A stretch of 64,000 nucleotides of DNA from NCBI GenBank assembly GCA_036172245.1, contig JAYWIR010000023.1, forward strand, positions 1,240,001 to 1,304,000. Reading direction: 5' to 3'. The notes under the pieces are model-generated. The model had not been told where the DNA came from. It did no database searches and saw only the letters and a list, made by a program, of their open reading frames with translations. The first letter of the stretch is position 1, and each line of letters starts with the position of its first letter. The position numbers were made by a program, and so were the translations under genes. This stretch comes from Raillietiella orientalis (taxonomy: Eukaryota). Shown here piece after piece: positions 50,485 through 64,000 of the stretch.

Positions 50485-51712
50485 ATGACAAAATGTGGAA
50501 AATGGAAGATTGCAGCCTTCGCTTTCTTCGTACTCTGTGCCATCCTGACCGTGTGCACGTTCTTCTCAGGTGAGATGTGCAGCAGGCCCCCTCCCGTTTT
50601 TAACCCCGAATTTCAGTTCCAGGCATCACCTGGAATCCACACGAAGGATCCCGGTACTTAATGAATGAAGCTCCGCCGTCGGCAAAAGCAAGCCACTGCA
50701 TGGGTGTGTTGGTTCCCTTTCGAGAAAGATTTTACGAACTCACTCTCTTTCTACCCTACATGCATAAGTACCTTTCGAGAAAGAAACTCTGTTACAAAAT
50801 TTTGATTTTGCAGCAGGTGAATAGCTTAATTTACGTATCCAGAAATTGCGACATTAGCTTACTTTCAATTACAAATATACAGCAGATAAAAGAAGCATTA
50901 ATTGAAATGTTGCAAGTTTATGGCTGTTTTATTAAATGACGTTTATATAAAGGCAGATGAATACAGATTCAACAGAGCCTCCCTTATCAATGTTGGTTTT
51001 TTATTATCAGCAAATTGCTGTGATTACATTGCAATGCATGACGTTGATTTATTGCCCCTTAACCCTGACTTGGATTACACATATCCTTACAGCGGTTGTT
51101 ATCATGTAGCCTCTCCAGAATATCACCCTAAGTATAGCTATCCTACATATCTTGGAGGAATTTTGATAATAACAAGGTAACGTAAAATTTGATTATTGCT
51201 CTACTAATTCTGTATTAATAAAAGAGATGCATTCAAAAAAGTCAATGGATTAAGTAATAGGTATTGGGGTTGGGGATTGGAGGATGATGAATTTTACCTA
51301 CGCTTAAAAGAAGCAGGAATCAGCATCAGCAGACCTAGAAATCTTTTAACTGGAAAGAAAGATACATTCAGGCATGAATTTTATTTATTAGAAATTTTCT
51401 TTAAAATAAGTCATGGATTATGAAATTTAGTTGGATAATGAAATCTTGAAACAATTTTCTTTATTATCTAGACATCTGCATGCAAATACTATCCTCAGAA
51501 AACGAGATAATGTAAGATGCTTTAACCAGTCAGTTGTCTCCAGGAAGCATGACAAAGTAACAGGACTGTCCAACATTGAATACCATATTGTGGCTTCCCA
51601 TCATATTTCCATAGACAATGCTCAAGCTGTAGTTTACAATGTAAAACTGAAATGTGACAAAAAAGGCACTCCATGGTGCAATTGTGAAACTGCTCCTCCA
51701 AAAATGTGCTGA
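50485..51712 (+). CDS. B4GALT7: Beta-1,4-galactosyltransferase 7 (xylosylprotein 4-beta-galactosyltransferase), about 298 aa, 5 exons
   Basis: Exons 50485-50569, 50617(or 50623)-50816, 50953-51176, 51225-51371, 51472-51712. Short N-terminal tail plus TM helix, then GT7 motifs [56 protein letters not shown]...RKRD and C-terminal [11 protein letters not shown]. Confidence 0.95.
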
Positions 51713-51805
51713 CATAATAATCAACTTGACACTTGATCTTGGATAATATAAAATTGTTGTTAAAAATTTCTTGGATTCAAAGATGAAACTGGAAATGGTT
51801 TCACA

Positions 51806-54383
51806 TTAAGAGTCACAGCGTTCTTGCATCTCATCCTCTTGATCTGCTTCATACCTTTTAACAGCTTTCTGAAAGTAAAATAAACAAGTAACACCTCCTT
51901 GGGAATTTGAAAAACATTTCAGCATATCATTAGAGTCAATTTTCAACACTACTATTAATAAAGCTTTTACTTGATGTAACAGGCATTCATTAAATCGACA
52001 ATTTTTTTCATTTTAAGGAAAGATTGCATTTTGAAGATACTCCTCAGTTCCTATATACACCTAGGATGTCCCACAAGCATACATGTTCAAATTCTGTGCC
52101 CTATGCACTTTAAAGTTAGTGATTTAAGCACAAAAACCTTGCTTTTCATTCTTGGCTCAAAAATGGGCACACCTTTTTGTTTCTTAAGCCACTCAAAAGT
52201 GGCAAAAGAAACACAAAACTGTGTAGTATCTAGCTTATGTTACAACAAAAGAAAACTGACAAACGTCTAGATTCTAGATTGCCTTTTCTAGATTGTGTTC
52301 CAATACGTTGTAAATTGGTACTGGTGGAAATGGCAAAATTCAAAACAATTGACTTAGTATCTTGCACTGCTCTATGTATTTTAATTTATTATATTTTTTT
52401 CTAATGGAACCTTGAAACACAAATCAGGGCAAAGAAACAACTTTTAAATTCAAAGCCAAAGTTATATCCCCTTAAGTCTGTGCTGACTACATGAACTTCC
52501 TTCAACTTCATTCCCACAAACTTTTTCTACTCTTTTACCATTTACACGATAATACATTTGGTATTTTGCGATCTCTGCATTGTTCAATCAATTTGCTGCA
52601 CATTACGTTAAATGTCAATGCATTTCATACAAAAATGTGCAATGCAAAGTCTGAAATCACTATACCTGATAAATAATATATATTGCTCACTTCTAGCATA
52701 AAATGAACAGTGTAAATTAAGAAAACCTCAAATATTAATTCTTATGCTACCCATGCTCAAAAAGTTTTTTTATATGCTTTACAAAGTAAAAAAAAAATTG
52801 TCATTTATGAAAATATAACATACATCAACTTTGTGCAGCAGTACATCACAATACTCATTTAGATTTGAAAGTGCCCTTTCTAACACTTCTGTAGGAGAAC
52901 CTGAATAGGTCTCTATTCTCAGCAGGAAGTTTCTTTCAGAAGGATGAGGTACTGTATATCCACAAAATTTCACATCACTGCTGAAAAACAAAAAGTTCAC
53001 ATTCAACTACTTTACAAATATGCAATTTGACTGTCCAGAAACTACAGTAAAAAACACAAAAAAAACAGCACACACAGACACATACACATTGCATTTTTGC
53101 ATAATACGTTCTTACAATAATTGGGCAAAATTGTTTTCCAGAGTGTCATTGATACTGTAAAATTTAAATAACTTTTCAGGTGAACTGCAAAGAATAGGTA
53201 CCAAATTATCAGTAACTGAATTTGAGCAGCAGAACATTAGAATATATCTAAAAAGCTATTATATCTGTAAATCTACATTTACAGACACGGGTTTCATGAG
53301 GGTGGACAAAACTATCTTGGTGAGGGTGGACAGTCTTGTCAAAACTCATGTAAACTTACTTCTCCTCTAACATACATTGTAAGCAAAGAAGTGAAATTCA
53401 AAATTTTTGATTTCACAACTTCTGTTCTTGGTGTCTGCCTCTTACTTGATAAATTAATTGAAAATAATTCTTTTTGAAGCCAACTTAAAGCTTGCATTTC
53501 AATTTAACTGTGATCCATGAATTAATAATATAATACTTGGAATCTAATATGCAACCATTCATATCTTTGATCAGTCTAAGCTTTTGTGACTTATTAGGTA
53601 ACAGAAAGATCTGAAGGTACTTCCCTAATAATTATTAATTGGGCTCACTAAAGAAAAATAAAGAAATGCAAGAGAACAACAATGAAGAAACATCAGATGT
53701 ACCATCAAAGGTGAGGTCTTTTGATTCAAATTTTGTATTGGTGCTTTGAAGAACCAACAAAACTTAACAATGGAATCAATTGTTTTGACTTCATATTAAA
53801 GCTTCAAGATTTGTTTATGGCTTGACAGCTTTATAAAAGTGTATACTATCTGTCCTTTTCTTCCATGAAATTCTCTTATACAACTCTAGTCAAGTTGAGT
53901 AATAAAAATTTATTTATAGAAAACAAAATACAAATCGCTACTAGTTATTCTTATTTCCGGTTACCAATCAGATAAATCCAATCAAAAGAGGTAGTAGCTG
54001 AAAAGTATATTTTCTAGACATGATTATTGAAATAGACATGCAAACGTGCTAGTTATAAAATAGGCTCAATAGCTTCAAAAACAATTTTCCTCGAGTTGAA
54101 AAGTCATTTTTATAAAGTTAAACATATGTATAAGGGTTTACATTTTTCATTACATCAAAGGGCAGATAACGAATCTGATTCTGGAGACTTTTTAGCTACA
54201 TGTTCAATGAACAAATGAGAATTCGGTTTTGTAATTCTTGAAAGTAATTGAAAAAATCCTGATAATCTTAATTACTTACTCATGGTTAATCATCCATTTC
54301 AATGCATTCCCTAATGTATGATCTTCATTGTAAAAAATAAAAGTTGAGGTATTTGCGTCACTTTCGCCATCTGATGTTTCCAT
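51806..54383 (-). CDS. POLR1D: DNA-directed RNA polymerases I and III subunit RPAC2 (AC19)
   Basis: Exons 54383-54280, 52980(or 52977)-52824, 51868-51806. Translation METSDGESDANTSTFIFYNEDHTLGNALKWMINHDSDVKFCGYTVPHPSERNFLLRIET...LERALSNLNEYCDVLLHKVDKAVKRYE carries the RPB11/AC19 signatures EDHTLGN and FCGYTVPHP. The start is uncertain: a short upstream coding exon near 54485-54525 splicing to the AG before 54389 is possible. Confidence 0.92.
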
Positions 54384-57049
54384 GTGTACCTTGGGTGTGA
54401 GAATGCTTTGAATGACAAAAAGTTACAGAATTTCCATTTAGACGACCAGTCCCTGGTAAAATGAATCCAAACGCACAACCGACGGTTTCTACTACTATTT
54501 TGTTATCATTACAATAGACTTTCATAGATGCACGCAAAGAAGACTTTGAACACAAACAGTAAAATACACCTTCTCACGTATCCACGCTAAGAATCTGAAG
54601 AATGGAAATACCTTTTCCAGTCGACGACCACTTGCTGCATTCATCGTTGATTTTTTACAATCTTGTTGTTACGAAACGGTTCCGTGCGGACAACTTACAA
54701 ACGTGCAACCCACTGCTGGCATGCTATCCACGATCAGCTTTTGAGAACATGGGGAACTGCACTTCCCGAAGCAATCCCAATCAGTTAAGCAAATGAGGCG
54801 AACAGAATTCAAGAAGTGTCAAGACAAAGCCAAGCAGGGACTAGACTTCCGGCGAATGCTGCATGTGCAACTGCATCCCGCAGAATGTGTGAACTTACTG
54901 ATAGTTTCTTTTCAGGTTACATGGAACTAAAATTAAAAACTGAAACCATCATAGGATATGATTCAAATTTTCTTTGCATTCCTTCCGCTGCTGCCCTAAT
55001 CGGTACCCGCACAGTAATTTCTTGCCCAATTTGAATTTTCCTGCTTTCCTGAGTTCGTGGAAGAGCCATTTTGGGACAAAGGTTGCCTCGCAGTTTTGTC
55101 AGTATTCGATATATCACGTTTTCGATTGCAAGCCCAAACACTGAGATTTGCAAGATTCTCAGTCATACAGAGAGTGTTTCGAGTGAATTTGATTTTCAAA
55201 GGGATATCTGTATTCACGATTTACTGTGCCGAATATTTCCCGAATACGATTTTTGACTACTCTTATTTGCCCCAGATTAAAAGTATTCTCCATAGAGGCT
55301 GCTTTCGGAAAAATGCTTCTTACTTCTGCATTTAATCGTCAAAATTAGAGCACTGTCTTATGTCCTTAAGAACATAAAACAATGCTCTCACAATACAACA
55401 TAATTTCCATTTCCATAATAATAAGCAATAACGAAACAAACGAATGGTTGCAAAGTTCGTTTCAGCCCCACATTCCATGAACTGTAAATTAAAAGATCAG
55501 AATTTAGAAAGAATTATTGAAAAAGAGCACAGTCAAAGAGTTGGTTATTAGAACCGACGCTTCGAAGTAAGGAGTGATGATTATGATCTCCTGAAGTTGT
55601 ACACAACTTGGGTTGGTAGAAATTTAACGGTTTAATTAGGAATCTCAAAAAATGCGATTCGTAACTACAGATTTTTCAAGTTATCTTGAATATTACATTT
55701 ATTATGTATAACCTTTTGGTCATTTCGTGGCTTCAGTGTTTTCCTTTTATGAAAACTTACTTTCTGAAGGATTTTTTTGAATGCTGTTATTTTTTTTAAT
55801 TTTTTATCAAATTGCCATGTCAGAATATAGAAGAGATAAGTGTCATACTAATGAGATGCTCTGTTTTCTTCTATTAAAATAAAAACAATAACTTGATCTT
55901 TTGTTTATGTTCTAGACATCTTCTGGGGAGTCTTTACTCCTGCCTCTCTTTTTTTTATCACATTAATTATTTTATTACTGTAAACACTCAAATGGTAGGA
56001 GCACTAAAACTTTATGGGGAAGATTCTGCTCATCTCATTTTGTCCTAAGTCTTGCTGCAAATTTGAAACTTTTTCTCTCTTAACTTCATGTGTTTCAATC
56101 ATGTCTATTAATATCGTTTGTACATAAATGTATAATTGTGCATAAATTTACTATCACTCAATAATGACAATGTCAAATAAAGATAACAGTAATGTAAATA
56201 TTTCTAGTATAATTATCAACTATGAAAATAATGAACAAAATTAATCATCACAGAATAGAAATAGTACAAATCAGTGGTAGTAAAAACACAGAAAATAATA
56301 GTCACAAAATCACTTGTTAGATATTTCTAAATTTTTAAGGTGTGAAATAAAATCACCTTTGTTCTTGACAGATAACAATGTTCATGTTCGAAAAATTACT
56401 GAACATCAATTCTGACAAATAACATATTTGACAGTCTTGTCCTTTGATGAGAATTTCATTTCCTTTCAAAGTGCATTTAAATAGTCCAAAAAAGTCGAGC
56501 CACAGTTCCAAATACATGGTGCATGACTCCAGAATTAATCAGTGAGAATTCTAAACACCTAAGAATTTACAACGTTCATATCATGTAATTCTCATTATGA
56601 GAGAGTAAAGGATATTTGCAAAGCTGAGAGATCATTTTGCTATTACTAAATTTGGTACATTATATTCAAAATCAGAAATGACTCGATGTAACTTAAACAA
56701 AAAAATGTTTTTTCTGTTTCGAAATTCTCTTGAAAAAATATTTGTCTATTCTGCATACAAATCAGATCTACTCTGTCTTTGGTCCTACTAAGACAGGTTA
56801 ACTTCTGCATTATCGAAATTCGCCGTAGGCAGATGCGTCATGTAAAGTTACAACTATTGAAGCTGTCTCAAAGGATGATCCCATTAAAAAGCATAGACTC
56901 CCATGCGTAGAGCGACTTGGACTTGCCTCTTTCGTGCAAATGTTGACTGGGTTTAAAAAGATTTTGTGAACTATGAGATTGTATTGAAAAGTATCCTAAG
57001 AGACAAGAGGTCTCCTCCGACAAGTGTCATGTGGCAATTTACAAGCTTA

Positions 57050-57780
57050 TTGTCAGCTACTACCAGGACGGTGCTTTTGACTCGGCTAGGAGTCGCATGT
57101 TTTATTGTTTGTTTCTAAAGCCTGCTTAGCTGCTGAAGATGGTCATCACATGAAGGAGACCAGAGAGAGCAGCAACTGACTAGTGTTACCGAGCGCCAAG
57201 ATCTGAGATCAAGTCGTTGAGAACTGGCAAATCAGCCAGGGCACGCTGCTTCAGATTTTTCACCTACTCTCTTGTAGGGGGTGATCAAGGAATTGAAAGT
57301 TTTATCTGCAGGATGGCTGACAGAGTATCTGCAAGAATGCTGCTTGTTTTTTTACAAGAATAAAAGCAGGATTCTTATTACTGACGTGCAGCTTCCTTCT
57401 AGAGAACATCAGTTTCGAGTTTCTGCTGCAGAACTGCACCGTCACTTTGCAAGCATCAGAACTTTGGTTAATTTTATATAAACCATCGGAGAAGTCGTAA
57501 AGATGATTTTGGAAGCAAGAACATACTTAAACAGTAGTAAAATCCCCACTGAAAATGGCAAAATTCGCAGACAGGCGATAGAAAATAGAGAAAGACACCA
57601 AGCTGAATGCTACAATAGGAGAACCGTAGGACATGATCTGCATCATCCCAGTGGTGTACAAAGTAGGCTTCGGAAACAATAATTTAGTAACAAGTAACTC
57701 ATTTCCTAATAGAGAACGAGTATCGAAATCAAACACATGATGGCTGGTATCAGCCCTAAAAAACGTGGGAACAAGGGGTC
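57050..57780 (-). mobile_element. Possible LINE APE remnant
   Basis: AIFSGDFT (GDFN) and FLDHP (SDH) in the expected order; highly degraded. Confidence 0.3.
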
Positions 57781-59014
57781 GATTTGCCTACGCAGTCTGA
57801 AATGTACAATTAGAAGAGTCACTGCAGCACTGTTCGACAACAACAACAAAAAAAAAAAAAAAGGCCTCGCCAATTTCCACTCGCTGCTGTTTTAGATGTG
57901 CTCATTTGGCAAGTAAATGATGCTGGAGGGTGTTTAAACGCAAGTGCGACACTAACCTTTGCGCAATCTTAGTTTTCTCCTAACATGATGGTACAACTAA
58001 TTTGTAAGATAGAAGGCAGGTCTTTTTTCAGTGGAAGATGTTTTTGAGTTTACTGTGAGACCATTACATATGGAAACCATTCAATTCCGGCAAAACCCAA
58101 TAACCTGCGATATTGCTTCGAAACGTCTCAGGGCCACAGGTCTTCCTATACTGCCTGATGAAACGTGGGCAGCACGCAGTTCGGGGAGACTCACATTTCT
58201 TTTATATGTTTGCAGTTGACTGTTCTTTTTCAAGGTTTATTTCAAATTAGTCGCTAAACTTCTTATTCTATCCATGCCATTTGTTTCTTCAACAATTTCA
58301 TCCACACATTAGACTGAGAGCGTTAGCCAAATACGGGATTATGGGCATTTACTTTCTTCAGGCTGTTCTATGTATTGCTTCTCCTTTACCCTTAAGTCAA
58401 CTCAACGGTCATTTATGTTATTTTGGTCTTTCAAATGCTATAGACATCGTGTAATCAGATTGTTTCGATAATCATTTCTTGCCTGAATGTGTTGTAATCA
58501 GGCATTCCAATAAGAAAATCAGCACAAGAATTCAATCAAAAGTTTTATTTTTCATTTGCTCATTAGATAATCTCTTATTTCCTGATACACGCTAGCAATA
58601 TTTTTCCTTGATGATTACATAAAAAATTCTCTATATAAAATATCTCTATATTATCATTATTCTTGAACTATAAACACAGAAATGAATTGAAAATACTTTA
58701 TGTTACTAGCCAATACGGAAAAACTTGCACACCAACAAGTCGAAGTAAAAAGATTCCCAAACTTTTAACTTTCCCGTCAAAAGGTAACTAACCATGGCTT
58801 CAAAGCATCCAGCTACTTCTGTCAAAAAAAAAAATAAGGAAACGATTCATAATAGAACTTAATGTTAGAAATATCTCGAGTGTGTTTCTGAGGAGCATTA
58901 GAAATCAAAGGATTTTATCTTTTTAAAACGGCCTTCAAACAAAAAACTCTCGAAAACAAAAATCCATCATGTTGAACATATACTGTTTAGGTCAAGAATC
59001 TTCATCTTTTCTTT

Positions 59015-63275
<4,261 letters not shown>

Positions 63276-64000
63276 TTCAAATCAACAACAACAGTACCAT
63301 TTCTACAACACAACCAAAACTAGCAGATTTCAGACCGCTAGCGAAATTTGATTAGTGAAATGATATGCGACAAAAAAATTGACATGGGAAAACTTTGGTG
63401 CACAATTCCGTGTTCAAGGTTTTGGAAGTTGTAGGGGAAAGGACAAACACACACACACACACATACACACGTACGAAGAAAATACTTGAAAAATGCTGGA
63501 GAGTTCGAAAATGCCGACATTTTGAAAAATCAAAATCTCGGCCAGGAAATACTTTGCATTCGAGTTGGAAGTTTATGTACACTAAGTGTGTACTCTGACT
63601 CCCTTCTCTTTTCGGGTTAGCTAGCTAAACTTGCCTTCCAAACCCCCCCCCCTTCCCCGGGTTAGCTAGCTGAACTTGTTTCGAAACTGGCCGGGAATGC
63701 CAGGAACTATGAAAAGACAGGACTATGGAAAGATTGTGAGCACAGAAAGGTTTCTTTATGCCTTAAGGCCATGAAATTGCTGGGTTTTCACGAAACGGCT
63801 TCACCGCAGATTCGTCACGGCAAAGGAACGTCTCAACCAGCGCAATGTAATCAACCAGTAGAAGGTTTTTTGTTTTGTTTTTTTTATTTTTCCAGTCGTT
63901 GATAGTGAACTACATGTTCCCAAAGAAGCATTTACTTTCTCCCCAGAAGAAGCACGTTGGCATTACTGAATCGTCGAGCCACAAAGCACACAAATACGGC

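Noticed and set aside
54600..55340. Short ORFs upstream of POLR1D as a divergent gene
   Set aside because: No recognisable domain or consistent exon chain.

Overview
Eukaryotic, intron-containing animal DNA; the ceramide synthase and PLXDC translations look arthropod-like (inference, species not identified). I reconstructed five spliced protein-coding genes by hand from splice sites and remembered family motifs: SPAG6/PF16 (+, 9 exons, 3663-30683), a homeobox-containing ceramide synthase (+, 8 exons, 33468-44669), B4GALT7 (+, 5 exons, 50485-51712), POLR1D/RPAC2 (-, 51806-54383 or slightly further 5') and a plexin-domain-containing PLXDC1/2-like gene (-, 10 exons, 59015-63275). Introns and intergenic DNA hold many decayed transposon fragments, mostly L1/Tx1-like LINEs. 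These explain most of the dense GC-rich ORF track at 1-2.4 kb and 9.7-19 kb. I found no CRISPR array, rRNA, tRNA or convincing new multi-gene system. The most notable oddities are: an HSP90 fragment inserted antisense just after SPAG6 exon 5, two GC-AG introns in neighbouring genes, a class of 46-49 nt introns, a LINE fold-back inversion, a GC-rich island spanning SPAG6 exons 3-4, and CpG depletion over housekeeping gene bodies. No database searches were run.
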